In this document: piece after piece, positions 10,444-22,760 of the stretch
Position numbering within the stretch: position 1 is the first letter of the stretch
Layout: each line of letters starts with the position of its first letter
Source: Schizochytrium sp. TIO01
Taxonomy: Eukaryota > Protista > Bigyra: Labyrinthulomycetes
DNA: 64,000 nt
Reading direction: 5' to 3'
NCBI GenBank assembly: GCA_004764695.1
Contig: SMSO01000032.1
Location: 1,488,001 to 1,552,000 of the forward strand
Position numbers and translations under genes: made by a program
The notes under the pieces: model-generated
Database searches by the model: none
Seen by the model: the letters and a program-made list of their open reading frames with translations, nothing else
Told to the model about the DNA's origin: nothing

Positions 10444-13200
10444 GATTGCTCTCTCCCCCGGCGCTACCGTGGCAAAATGTGTTTGCACGGCTAGCTCGAG
10501 GTTCCAATCGCACATGCGAAGCACAGACACGGAATACTCTTCAGTCTTTGCGCCTGAAACATCCATGAATTGGAGCAAGGTATCCAACTGTTTACGCGTT
10601 GGCCCCCCTCCATTCAGGACACCCTCAAAGTCCACATTCTTGTCTGAAGTTTTGTCTGTGGTCGCTGCGGTTGCTGCAGGGGTATGTGGGGTGTCTGTTA
10701 TCTCAATAGCATCTCCGCCCACATCTACGGCCAATGCATGGTCCATCTCTGCGCTTGAATCTAGTAAACATTGCCCATTGTCAAATCGATCTTCTCCCGT
10801 GTCTTCTGTTTGCCTTTCGTTTCTCGAACTTGCTGTTAAATTATCCAGGTCATTAAATTCGCAAGCAATCATCGTTGCATCTTCACTATTTGAAGATCCA
10901 CTTGCCATACATACGTTGCGAGATTCTCGTAATAAAGTTATGAACTTTCTTTTGCTTGACCTGTCTTGTCGTAGTTCGTGCGCTGCAAATCCACTCCAAT
11001 GTGAGATTGTCGCAGATCTTTTCTTTAATTCGCTGTCAAGATTATCTAAAGCTGCATTTAAGTCCCAGTCATGCTGGAAAAGATATGATCGTGCTTGCGT
11101 GCGTGAGATACGCCCGCCCGAAGCATCGTAAATACAGTCCACGCCAGCTTTGCGTTCCTTTTCTGCAGAATTATAATCACGAAGCGCAAGATTCAAAGTC
11201 CAGCCGTTACGCATGAGATAAAACCGTGCCTCATCTTCTGTCACAGATTCTGGGATTTCTGAACAGAAGCGCACCAGAAGATCCACACGGGGTTCTAAAG
11301 CATCCTCTTCTTCTTCACCGCCACTTAGTTTGCCACAATCCCTGCTTGGTGCACAGTAAGGCGGTAATTGACACAAAGAAGAAGAAGAAGAGGATGACGA
11401 AGAAGAGGAGGATGTCTGTACTGCCGAGCGAGACGGTCTTCCCCTAGGAAAACGCGCTGTTGCTCTTGTAGTCTTCATATACACCTCTTCAGCTGGTGTT
11501 GCTGGTGTTGTCTTTGATATATTTGACGCCACAGGTGGAAAAGCTTCCATAGTGGCACCTGTTACATTGTCCTTCACCATTAAGGATGTACTGGAGGTGT
11601 TCAGAATAGATACATTAGGGATGGGCTTTGCAACAATAGCTTTTGTGCTTGCCACCACTTTCCTAGGTCCTCGCTTGCGAGGCTCTGGCATGACATCTTT
11701 GCTCTCCACTCGTTTCAAAAGCTGTCGCGGAGTAATATTTCGTGGGAGGTTCTCAAGTCGCACGCGACCTTCCCTTAATGCGTCTGCACCAGCATCACTA
11801 AGCAGCACCGACAGAATCTCTGATCTAGATACATGTTGGAGAATTTTGGGCACAGTTATAATACGATCAGCAAGCAACCCTTGGCCAATCTGAGAATTAA
11901 GACATATTGGCAGAAGGGCATTCGCCTTTGTTGAATTCTGATGAAAGTTTTCCAGAGAGGACAAGTCAATAAGATTCTTGGAAAGTCCTGATAATCCATG
12001 TGTACTAAGTGCGAATTCTAACGCCCCAAGACTTGGAAGTTGCAATAGTTCATCAGCACTCACGAAATTCTTCCAAGCAGTATATCGCTGCACAATCAAC
12101 TCAATCATTTTCGACCGATCAGTCTCTGGAGCCCGCATTTTGATCACGCTTTGCGCTTCGATATATTCGGGCGATGTACACATAAGCTGGACAAGACGAT
12201 GCTTTGGAATTTGAGCAATCTGATCCATGGTGAACTGGCCTATTCGTAAACCATCAATGCCGCTTTGCTTGAGAATCTCCTCCACGTGGCCACGACCACG
12301 AGAAGCATTGATGTTCGCAAGCGATGAAACATCGATGATACCGTCTTGCACAGCACTTCTTCTAAGCGTCGAGTCAACTAGGTCTTCGACGATCCATGGC
12401 GGCAAGGATCGTAACCGGCTGGTGCGCGCGCGAGTGCGCTTTCTGCATTGCTTTAGCAGGTATCTTACATTTTCATTATGCTCGACCTTGGATTGTTGCC
12501 AAAGCCACCGGCAAATCTCCCACTGTTGGCTTACGGTACGCCTGCGGTTTGTCGAGCTAGTTAGTTCTATGCAGCCCGGGACGTTCCAATAAGTCTGAGC
12601 GAAATCGTTATTGCCGTCAGGGCGTGGTGATATTTTCTCGTTGAGTCCAAGGAGAACGTCGAGGCAAGGGCCATTGTAAAGACCCTGTGCTGTCCTGTTG
12701 AGTATGGAGGATGGTTTAACCAGACCCAACGCACATCCCCAAATGGATCCACTGGAACATACAGCCTTGAGTCGAGAGAGAGCTCTCATTTTCCATAAGT
12801 CATCGATCTTAGCGAAGGCCTCATCCTGGACCGCGGATACAAGCATGAGCGCGATAATTCTGCGTCTGTATTCCGCCAGATCTGGGCCATATGTCTTAGC
12901 TGCATTTGCGATGCTAATATTTTGCTCCGTGGAAGGGATACCATCATCTGCTTTGAGCACGCCCTCTAAAATCAGCGGAGCGAGGCTCGGATGTGCAATT
13001 TGTCTCCCTGACGGCCAGACCTTGCCTTCTTTGTCCACCCAAGATCGCAGTGGGTTCTCTTTAGATAGACATGTGCTCTGAATACTTTTGTATGTGCTCT
13101 TGCTAGCGCAAGCAAGCGTCAATAGGTCTTTTTGGCTCAACGCGCATCCATTCGAAGTCGTGAGTACGAGTTCCAGGTGTTGCTCCAAGGGTGTCGCCAT
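10438..13200 (-). CDS. Hypothetical 920-aa protein: N-terminal F-box-like motif, central ~28-aa helical repeats, three UBA-like (DCN1/TAP-C type) domains
   Basis: Long intact ORF. F-box-like LSQKDLLTLACASKSTY. UBA-like units ARFYLMRNGWTLNLALRDY, ARSYLFQHDWDLNAALDNL and SVLRMCDWNLELAVQTHF. Confidence 0.75.
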   Translation of the reverse strand: MATPLEQHLELVLTTSNGCALSQKDLLTLACASKSTYKSIQSTCLSKENPLRSWVDKEGKVWPSGRQIAHPSLAPLILEGVLKADDGIPSTEQNISIANAAKTYGPDLAEYRRRIIALMLVSAVQDEAFAKIDDLWKMRALSRLKAVCSSGSIWGCALGLVKPSSILNRTAQGLYNGPCLDVLLGLNEKISPRPDGNNDFAQTYWNVPGCIELTSSTNRRRTVSQQWEICRWLWQQSKVEHNENVRYLLKQCRKRTRARTSRLRSLPPWIVEDLVDSTLRRSAVQDGIIDVSSLANINASRGRGHVEEILKQSGIDGLRIGQFTMDQIAQIPKHRLVQLMCTSPEYIEAQSVIKMRAPETDRSKMIELIVQRYTAWKNFVSADELLQLPSLGALEFALSTHGLSGLSKNLIDLSSLENFHQNSTKANALLPICLNSQIGQGLLADRIITVPKILQHVSRSEILSVLLSDAGADALREGRVRLENLPRNITPRQLLKRVESKDVMPEPRKRGPRKVVASTKAIVAKPIPNVSILNTSSTSLMVKDNVTGATMEAFPPVASNISKTTPATPAEEVYMKTTRATARFPRGRPSRSAVQTSSSSSSSSSSSSLCQLPPYCAPSRDCGKLSGGEEEEDALEPRVDLLVRFCSEIPESVTEDEARFYLMRNGWTLNLALRDYNSAEKERKAGVDCIYDASGGRISRTQARSYLFQHDWDLNAALDNLDSELKKRSATISHWSGFAAHELRQDRSSKRKFITLLRESRNVCMASGSSNSEDATMIACEFNDLDNLTASSRNERQTEDTGEDRFDNGQCLLDSSAEMDHALAVDVGGDAIEITDTPHTPAATAATTDKTSDKNVDFEGVLNGGGPTRKQLDTLLQFMDVSGAKTEEYSVSVLRMCDWNLELAVQTHFATVAPGERAIS

Positions 13201-14581
13201 CGTGTCCTCTGGACGGAGCCTTGCGCGAGTGCCTGCGAAAAATCTGTGCTAGAGACTACGCAGAACCAGCAAGAGGTCTGTCCCACCACTGCCAAGTGGC
13301 ACAGACCGACCCAGCAGCGCAGATCACTTGTGATCCGCTCTACCGGCCTGTCCAAGACTCACGAATTGGCAACACTCACGAATTGGCGCCTCCGACGGAT
13401 TGCTCTGCTTTACTTTCCTTTCTTCTGCCTAGAGGTTTGTCTAAGAAGAGTCCTATGGAGTCTAGTCTTTCCTGGTGTCTCTTTGCTTAATTCTTTCCTT
13501 CTCTACGAGAAATTACGATTCGCCAGACGCAACGTGGGGAAGATCTGGCAGCTGCTGGCGAGTTTTGCTCCTCGGTCACGAACCATGTGGTGGTCTGGGG
13601 TCAGCACCACTAAGTTTCAAGTCAAGGTGGTGAAACTTAGGCATGAAGTCTCCCGGTCGTAGAGGTGATTTGACGGAATGGCTTTGCTTCAGATTCCCCG
13701 GAAAAGCACGAGAGCGCAAGGGAGGGGCATACTGGGAGTCATTGTGATTCTTTGCGCATCTCTTTATGGGGTAGTCTCACCTCGTTCTATTATTAATCTC
13801 CACGATAACCCCCCTCTTGTAATGTTGGTTTACTTGGTTCGTTCTTACAGAATAATAGAACGGCGGCTTTCTTTCTTTGATTCCTAAGTTACTAGCATGG
13901 TTTGCTCTACTTGACGCAGAGTTTGTTTCACTGTAGCTTGTATTTGTTTCATTTTTTAGGGCTTTTATAATACAGAATATGCGCAAAGATTAATAGGATA
14001 CATGGAGATAATAAGGAAAGAGCATTCATTCGCTTTATCATTCACTCATTTAACGATCGGTGATCGTGGAGTCGTGGAGTTGCAGATCCGTGCGAGATCG
14101 CTTACTCGCTGGCGAGTTTGTTTGCTGAGTGCTTCAGGACTTCTCCTGGAGGCACTTCCCCTCGTGCAGCTGCTTGCTTGTTCGCTTACGGCAGGCAGAA
14201 AGCCAACCTCTACCAGCCTTAACGCCGCCAACAGGGCTTTCCAATCCTTTGATTTTGGCGCGTCAACTTTCGCTTGCAGAAAGAAACACGGCGCGGTAAC
14301 GACAAGGTATCGGATCAAGCTTAGGCTCACGATCTGTGCCTTCAATCAATTGACATTCTTCAACTTCAACGTCAACGTCAAGGTTCACTGACCTCGAGTC
14401 AAACTTTTAAGTTTGATTTATTTGAGTCACTTTGAAGAAAGATAGCTTGATCCATTCTCGACGGCTGTCAAGATCACTTCTTCTTTTGCTTACATTTTAC
14501 CAACTTCACGAAGTCGTACATAATTTTGTTTGGAGTCTTGTGAGATCTGCGTATTGAGATCTTGACATATTACATTGAATC

Positions 14582-16273
14582 ATGGCTTCTGAAGATGAGA
14601 AGATGCAGACTTCCTCAGAGGCTGCTGAGGTGGATGCTGCAACTGAGACCAGAACGAGCGATGATGGGCCTAAAAACATGGGTGTTGTAGGCGAAACTCA
14701 AGGTGATGATGAAAGCTCTGGTGACGAAGAAGTCATTGAGCAAAAGATGTCCTCAGAAGGTGCTAATAACGATGGTGAGGAATCAAAAACGGAGGGGAAG
14801 CACTCCAAGAAGGATGAGGACTCTGACGATGAGGACTCAGATGCCGACATGTTTGATGCGGATGCGGATGATTCTGACGATGACGACAATAAGGCCAAGT
14901 CTGAAAAGAAATCGGAATCCAAGGAGGATACACAGAAAGCTTTGGATATCATGATGAGCTCTGATGATGACAGTGACAGTGATGCTGGCAAGTCCGGCAA
15001 GAAGCTGCTCAAGAAGGGCAAGAAGAAAGCTACGGAAGGTGCCGTAGAGAAAGAGGACGATCCCATTGAAGATGATAACGAAGACCAGATGACCGCGGTT
15101 CGTAACGTTGGAGTTCCCATCGAACTTCCACGCACAATCCGTGTTCCACAAATTACACGCTGTGAGGAAGAGAAAGCCCAGGTAGCGTTGGCACGTCTTC
15201 CAAACAGTCTTCATGTGGAAGCTAGTGCATATGATGGTTTCTTATACGATGAACGCAAGGAGGAAGTGCGCTTGAGCAGATTGGGCAAAGGCAACGTGCA
15301 TGACAACGTGATCCGGTGGCGGTACAAGATGGGCGAAGATCGCGATGTTGAAAAGAAGGACGGCAAGCCCGTAATTGAAAGCAACAGTCGGTTTGTAGAG
15401 TGGTCAGACGGGTCTGTACAACTCTTCATTGGTAACGACGTATTTGATGTGGTGTTAAAGAAGCCCCACAATCAGTTTCTTTACTCCATGGGAAACGATG
15501 AACGTGATGGCGATACCTTCAATTGTCTCGAGGCCAGCGCCATTGTTGATTCGACTCTGAGCCTGCGGCCCACCTCTGTCTCTTCGCGTGCTCATCAGGA
15601 CATGGAGCTTCGTGTCAAAGCTGAAGCACTGCGTAGCACCCGCGTCAAGGCAATGGACCTACGTCTTGCTCCTGAAAAGGAACAGGAACAACGGTTAAAA
15701 GCTCGCGAAGCTGCCCTTGCTACACAAAAGAAACAACGTGTTAAGAAACAATCACAGAGAAACTCTGGCTTTACCCGCCGCTTCATGGAGCAAGGCAACG
15801 TGTTCAGCGACAACGATGATGAGGATGAAGATATGAGCGAAATCACAGATAGTGAGGACAGCCTTGCAGAACGCCGCCCTCGCGCGCGTGGCAAGGCAGA
15901 TGCCAAGAAAAAGAAGAAAGCCACTGCATTCTCATCCTCCGAAGAATCTGAATCTGAGTCTGATGATGATGACGACGACGAGCTTGAGGAGAAAAACGAA
16001 AGAGAAACCAAAAGTGCTGACAAGAGCAAAGACAAGGAGCTGTCCGCTGGGAACAAACGTAAACACGATGACGACGACTTATCTGAAAAGCCAAAGCCGA
16101 AACCTGATGCGGCGGCAGCAGCTTCTTCCGAAGCTAAGAAGCCGGAATCAAAGGATGACAAGGAAGCAGATGATGATGACGATGATGAAAAGCAACCCCC
16201 AGCGCCCGCAACAAGCTCCCAGCCTGCTACAAAGAAAACCAAGGTTCTGGAGGACGATGACGACGATTATTAG
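14582..16273 (+). CDS. LEO1: RNA polymerase-associated protein LEO1 (PAF1 complex)
   Basis: Leo1 core RLPNSLHVE...NVIRWRY...ESNSRFVEWSDGSVQLFIGNDVFDV...LRPTSVSSRAH, flanked by D/E/S/K-rich tails. Confidence 0.9.
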   Translation: MASEDEKMQTSSEAAEVDAATETRTSDDGPKNMGVVGETQGDDESSGDEEVIEQKMSSEGANNDGEESKTEGKHSKKDEDSDDEDSDADMFDADADDSDDDDNKAKSEKKSESKEDTQKALDIMMSSDDDSDSDAGKSGKKLLKKGKKKATEGAVEKEDDPIEDDNEDQMTAVRNVGVPIELPRTIRVPQITRCEEEKAQVALARLPNSLHVEASAYDGFLYDERKEEVRLSRLGKGNVHDNVIRWRYKMGEDRDVEKKDGKPVIESNSRFVEWSDGSVQLFIGNDVFDVVLKKPHNQFLYSMGNDERDGDTFNCLEASAIVDSTLSLRPTSVSSRAHQDMELRVKAEALRSTRVKAMDLRLAPEKEQEQRLKAREAALATQKKQRVKKQSQRNSGFTRRFMEQGNVFSDNDDEDEDMSEITDSEDSLAERRPRARGKADAKKKKKATAFSSSEESESESDDDDDDELEEKNERETKSADKSKDKELSAGNKRKHDDDDLSEKPKPKPDAAAAASSEAKKPESKDDKEADDDDDDEKQPPAPATSSQPATKKTKVLEDDDDDY

Positions 16274-16559
16274 ACTTTCGCCAAAAATTGTTTTCAATTT
16301 CGTAGACATATACCCGTACACACATATACCAATACATCAATTTTATAATAAACCTTTATATCTTATGCCGATGACACTAAGCTCAGGTTGTGATGTTGTT
16401 TGGTTTTGCTCGCTTCTCATCACAATCAATTACAATAAGAAGGGGGGAGAACTTGTCATACCGCACAAAAGTGGGCGAATATAATCATATGTCTTAAAGG
16501 AACCTGCTTGTTAGGTATCAGGAAAGTAATAACGAATTTATCTTGTAAACGGAGAAATT

Positions 16560-18731
16560 TCATAAGGAAGGGTCATGCTCAGGTCTGAATTGCTTCCGCC
16601 TTGGCTGCTGAACAGATGTAAAGCTATGAGAGATCTTATTTGCGTCATATTGTTGTTTCTCCTTTTTCAGTCTGCGCACTTCTGCCTCAAGAGCTCGCCG
16701 ATGTGCATTCATTTCATCGATCTCATCATGATCGTAATAACTTTCCTCTTTCATGGCACCTACACTGTTAGGAAGGCTAGAGCTTCGCGAGTTACCTAGA
16801 TTTACATTCTGATTCATTGCGATTATCAACTCATTTTCGTTGACATAACTTTGATTTTCCTTGTCGAGTTTGTCCATACGACGGCGTAGTTGCGCCCGTT
16901 TGCGAACAATCAGGCAGGCAATGCATAGCAAAGCCACTGTAATCCCAGCAACAGATGCACCAAGCACGGCTGGCTTGATCCTACTCAAAACAACTTGTAT
17001 GGCACCATCGCGCAAACAATTAGCTTCATATTGTGCATATAACGATGAAGATGATGCATTCGCTGTAGTTACATTTGAGGAAGCATCTGTAAGCGTCGAA
17101 TTTGAGCAAGTAAAACATCCGGACTCATCAGATGTTCCTGATCCATCGCATTGTAAGAAAACACTGTTCGTCGAGCAAACATTATCAACATTCATTGAGG
17201 TAATTGAACAACTTGAACACTCTCCTGCTGAACTGCCTCCACAATCTTCCAGGTAATAGTCAATGTCACAAGTATCACATGTTTTGCATTGCGCTTCAGC
17301 AATTGAGTCCTGATAGGTTCCTTCTTCACATGCCTCCATGATTCCGTTTATGCATTTATAACCTGCTGGGCATGCAACTTGGGAAGTGCGTGTACTAAAG
17401 GTCGCTCCTTTAGTATAATACCCATCGTCTGCAGTTTTGGGTTTAGTAGCCCCCTCTTCACAATACACGGCTGGGTTGTTTTGTGAGCATGCCTCGCTTT
17501 TCGGAGATATAGAACCTTCAGCGCAGAAATAACCTGCTGAACATGGACCAGTGCAGTTCGCATTCACATTGATCCCGACGCCGTAGCGACCGACGGCACA
17601 TTTACTGCAAGATTTTGAACCTGCTGAGCTCCACTCACCGTCTGAGCATGGTTCTGGATCAATTGTGCCTTGGGGGCATTTATAGCCTGCAGGACATGTC
17701 CCACTACAATTTGAAGAGACTAATCCGGTTGTGTTTCCATATGTTGTTGCAGGACAATACTGACAGGTTGTAGCAGAGTATATAGAACTGCGGAATGTGC
17801 CTTGAGAGCACTTTTTGCAGCTGGTAGATTTGCTTTGAGTAGAATATTCTCCTTCTGGGCATGTGGTGCACGAGCTAGAATTAGCTTTAGAAAATGTTCC
17901 AGCATCGCATGGAAGTTTTGTGTAACCCCCTGGGCAATAACTACCTGCTGGGCAGTTCAAGCAAGGTCCTACAAGACCACCATAATTTACATACTCACCT
18001 GCGTCACATTTGCGTGCATATAATCGAAGACTATATGCACACTTCCCTAAATCAGTGCTATTATCATCCCAACCTTTCAAATCCCCAAACTGAATACCAA
18101 TTGTGGCATTCTCGTTGCCATTGTCTTCGTACCCGAAAGTTCCATCTTCCCACAGCTGTGGGTCTACATCTAAATTGACTTGAAACGACCCAGCGTAAAT
18201 GTATGTGCCAGTTGATGAAGAATCAACTGCATAGATATAATACAGCAATCCCAATGTAAAATCGGTTGGGTTGAAATTTGGCACTATTCCGCGAACCGAG
18301 TCATCAAAAATGACATGGGAATAAAGAGAGTAAGAAATTCGAGAATAGTCTATCACATATAAAGAAGAGCTTGATACGTCTAATGATTGGTCATTCAGTT
18401 CATCTGAACCAAGACCTTTTGGATACAAAACTATATAAGCAGTTACATAGAAACCAGTGTCCGTCAAGTCATCTTGAGATAAGTTTAAGTTGAGGTAGTC
18501 ATACTGCGTATTATTAATTTTCTCTGGCATATCAGTACAGTTAATCAACTTGAATCTGTAAACATAAAATTCGCTTGTCAGTGAATATGATTGATCGAGC
18601 ATTGGTTATTTTTCCACTTACGATAGGCCGTAAACTGGGGAATTCTCCCAATCTACATCAAGTTCTAGCGCTAATACCGACATATTCTCCATAAGGCTAG
18701 CAAGAATCAAAGCCACGAATAGAATATGCAT
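16560..18731 (-). CDS. Cys-rich type I membrane protein (GCC2_GCC3/ephrin-receptor-like repeats), paralogue A; exons 18731-18622, 18555-16560 (701 aa)
   Basis: Signal peptide MHILFVALILASL in exon 1. Phase-2 intron 18621-18556 (GTAAGT...CACTGAC...TTTACAG). Repeated CPAGxYCPxG units, one TM segment (AVLGASVAGITVALLCIACLIV) followed by RKR, and a coiled-coil tail. Confidence 0.85.
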
Positions 18732-19616
18732 TGTCTTTGATTATTATACTACTGCCGCTGTCTCACATATGCCTTGAGGCTTTGCTGCAGAACTCTTTCA
18801 ACAATAAGGTCGCCCACCCAAGAGCGGAGTCCTTGGTTTGCTGTAAATCAGACGCTCGATCCGCGGTCTTGGTGTTCAACTGTTTACATACAAAGAAATA
18901 CTGTCGTGTTCAGGCGAGCATACTTCGAGAGTTTATCTTGAGAGTCCTTGAAGGGAAAACTTTTGTATGTTCTACAATTGAAAAGTTCTCGCCAAAACTA
19001 ATGATTGATTAAAAATTAAAAAATTAAAAATTATTTATTCATTGCCATAATAGTAGTTGTAACAATAAATAGCCGTTAGTTTGATTAAACTGTATTCAAT
19101 TACTTTTAAATTTGTGAGGCCACTCGATACTAGGTAGGTAGGCACAAGGTAGGTAGGAAGGTTGCGCACCAATTGTACCAATAAGATGGACCTTTGTTAA
19201 TCAGGCTTGAATAACCAGCTTGAAGACTGTGGTGATTCTCATTCTTATATATATGAGTCAAAGTAACAACAATAATCGTTTTCCTCAGTGTTTTCTTTCA
19301 CGAGCAAAAAACTCACTAAATTCTAATTTGGGTTACGCAGAAGTAGGCACGAAAGTATGTCTATAACAAATTGAATATTTCTTTAAAAGCTTATTCATCG
19401 GAGAATATAATCTCTCTATGTCATTCTTCAAGAAAAATTGAGAGCATCAGACCTACTTTACATACAAGTAAGTCAACAGATGTATGGCCTATAGAATTCA
19501 CCATGTATGTTCTTGAAGCTTCACTTGCATAGTGAAATGGTTAAGGGTGTACATAGTTCATGGGTTCTTAAAGCTATAAAAGATGTGAACTGGGAAGGTT
19601 TTTAATGCCCATTACG

Positions 19617-21784
19617 TCAGATAGAACCCTCGGCATCATTAAATTGTCGCTTGGTTGGCCCTAGTCTACTATCGCGGCCCACAGAAGCTGCAGTAGATTG
19701 CTGTTGTTCTCGTTTCAATCTACGAACCTCCTCTTCAAGAGCCATTCGATGGGAATTGATCTCTTCAATCTCTTCGCGGTAGACCGCTGTGGCAGATTCT
19801 GCGTCGAGCTGGACAATATCAATTTCGTTCTGATTTCTCGCAATGATTGGATTCAAGTTTGTCTGCATGGTCATGGCAAGTTCTTGCTCATTCGCGAAAC
19901 TCTGATTTTCTCTGTCAAGAGCGTCCATTCGCCGTCTCATCTGCTGCCGCTTGCGAATTACGATGAAGATTGCCGCAATGAAAACTGAACCTACGCCAGC
20001 AGCAGATACGCCAATGACCCAAGGCTCTACTCCGCTATTTGTAACTGATGTTAAAGTTGTACTCCGTAAACAATTTGACTCATATTGGGAGTATAATTGA
20101 GCAGACGTGGCATTGCTGCTTGAAGTGATGTTGAAGGATCCTTCAGAAAGTGTCGAGTTGCTACATAAAAAGCAAGCAGACTCGTCAGATGTTCCAGTAC
20201 CATCACATTGAACGAAGACGCTTGTTGCAACACAAAGACTGTCTACATTGTTTAGGGTAATTGAGCAACTTGTACACTCTCCTGCGGAACTTCCATCGCA
20301 ATCCTCAAGGTATTGATCAGAATCACAGGTTCCACATGTGTTACACTCAGTTTGACCTTCTTCATCTTGATAAGTTCCATCTGTACACTCACTCAAAACT
20401 CCACCAATACACTTGTAGCCTGTCGGACAAATCTCTTGGGATGTACGTGTACTTGTGGTTGCACCAATAGTGAAGTACCCATCCATGGCTTGTTGCGGTG
20501 CTGACGTCCCCTCCTCACAGTACATCAAAGGGTTGTTTTGAGAACACTTTGAACTCTTTGAAGATGTGGAACCCTCTGCACAAAAATATCCAGCCTCACA
20601 GAGCCCTGTACAATTTTCGTTGGAGTTGGTTCCTACACCATAATGTCCAACAGCGCACTTGCTACAGATTGATGATCCCTCAGCACTCCATTCTCCATTT
20701 TCACATGGTTCAGGATCAATTGTGCCTTCCGGACATGCATGCCCTGCAGGGCAAAGACCGCTGCAATTTGAAGTTGTTAGACTAGTGACATTACCGTACG
20801 TTGTGGCGGGGCACGCTTCGCAGGCAATAGCACTATATTTAGAGCTACGAAAAGTGCCTTCAGGGCAGGCTAAACAGTTTGAGTTTCCAGAAGTAGAGAT
20901 GTACTCGCCATCTGGGCAGGTTGTGCACTCGGAGGCTGCTTGTTTCGAGTAAGAACCTGGAGAGCAGTCGACTTTAGAGTACCCTTCAGGACAATAACTA
21001 CCGGCCTCACATTCAATGCATGGTCCAACTATACCGCCATAGTTGATGTATTCTCCAGGAAGACACTTCCGGGCGTAGAGGCGGAAATTAAATTCGCACG
21101 TACCCATGTAATCTCCATTGTAAGATATCGCTGTGACAGTTTGTGTGCTTGTAGTAGCATTATCGGAACTGTTTTCTTCGTATCCAAGCGTGCCATTCTT
21201 CCAAAGTTCGGACCCAGTATATGCCGGAATTTCAAAGGTGAACGCTCCTACTTTGTAGTAATTGGCGCCTTCAGTTTTGCAAGTCTCGTTGTTTATGTTT
21301 GTCTCGTAAAGATAGAATTCAACAAAGAGGTTATACGTCCCAATATTCATGAACTTAAGAGTTCCTTTGAGGGTATCACTCGATGCACTCAATGCTCCAT
21401 TGTCGTCAATATAGGTAATGTATCGAGCTCTATCAACGAGGTACATCTCATCCTTTCCTGGTGACTCACGCAAATTATAGTTTGGTTCAATGACTTTGGC
21501 AGCATGTTCGTCATCTACCATGCCCAAAAATAGAAGCATTGCATTCAGCTCTGGATGGTCTTCTGATGGGTTCTTTATGTCAGAGCATTGTAGAAACTTG
21601 AAACTGAGGAAGAACGTTAGACAATGATTCATGAATTACGCCAATGATGAGATCTCTCTTTAAAAATCTAAACTTACTCATAGCCAAACACACGTTCATC
21701 ATCCCACGTAACAGGTAGAATACTGATGCCGCTAGTGCTTCTTGCCAGCATAGCAACAAACAGTCCTACCCAGAAAGACCTCAT
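19617..21784 (-). CDS. Cys-rich type I membrane protein, paralogue B; exons 21784-21678, 21603-19617 (697 aa)
   Basis: Signal peptide MRSFWVGLFVAMLA. Phase-2 intron 21677-21604 (GTAAGT...GTCTAAC...CCTCAG) at the same position as in paralogue A. Colinear Cys-rich region (RLYARKC..GEY.NYGG.VGPC; CPATTYGN), TM segment and tail. Confidence 0.85.
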
Positions 21785-22712
21785 GCTGGTAAGAACTTCA
21801 ACCTCGTCTAGGTTTCGCTCCTCGGCTGTATACGTAGTAAGCTAATCTAAAAAAACTCGCTTGATCTCTGTCTACATCAACACGTGAAAATGCCTGTTGA
21901 ATAACGTTACCTCACGGGTCTGCCTCCAAGATGTTAGAGTTCTGTCTTGTGGCAATTGAGGAATATTTACAATTGCTCAGGCTTTTCTTCTTCCCCACAT
22001 TGAGTAATTAATTCCTCTCTTGTTTACTGTCACAACTCAATGATGAGTCCTGCGATAGCAGTGAGTGTATAGCGAATTTGCACAACCCGACTTAAGCTCA
22101 ACCTTGCGTGCATTTTGAGAACGTTAAAATTTCATGCCTAGTGTCAAAATTTCTTAGGAGGACAAAATCAAAAGTATCCGTTGGAACCTTCATGATATCC
22201 TTGATCTTATGTATTTCTATACGGAGTTAAAAAATAAATTCATCATTAAAAAAAGATCTTAAAGCTTTCATTTCGAGGGGCAGATGGCTGAAGTCAAAGT
22301 TCAATCGAACTGGGAAATGAATACCCTAGTGGTGTAACTATAATCTATAAATTTCTCCTCATAACGAGAGTGCGTCTGTTCCTATCCCTAATCCTTATTT
22401 AGTACTGGTGTACTGGTAGGTTATTTTCCCTTTCCATGGGCTATTGACATTCCCTTCTAGAACTGTTCTTCTTTGCAACCTGCGTTATTGAATAGTATAC
22501 CCCCGACTCCTCCTTGGTTTACGCAGCTTCTTCGCAAATCTCCTCCATCCTCAGGGATCTAAATGTCTACACAAGTTCAACTACGCATACTCTCGGTACT
22601 AGCGCTGAGGCCAATGTCTCAAATCTGCTATCTCTTCATAATTGCAGTTCACTGGTAGTACTTATTCACTGGTTCTTGTCCAGTGTGGTCGCCCAGAACC
22701 TCCTGCCACGTA

Positions 22713-22760
22713 TGCTTTGCTTTGCTTTGCTTTGCTTTGCTTTGCTTTGCTTTGCTTTGC
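22713..22760. repeat. (GCTTT)n pentanucleotide microsatellite
   Basis: About 9-10 perfect units visible in the sequence. Confidence 0.95.

Noticed and set aside
13132-14391. ORFs of 70-176 aa in the divergent spacer before LEO1
   Set aside because: Mostly non-ATG starts, no recognisable motifs and mutually overlapping; this is probably promoter/UTR sequence.
14698-16484. Ser-rich antisense and alternative-frame ORFs (up to 215 aa)
   Set aside because: By-products of the D/E/K-rich LEO1 codons.
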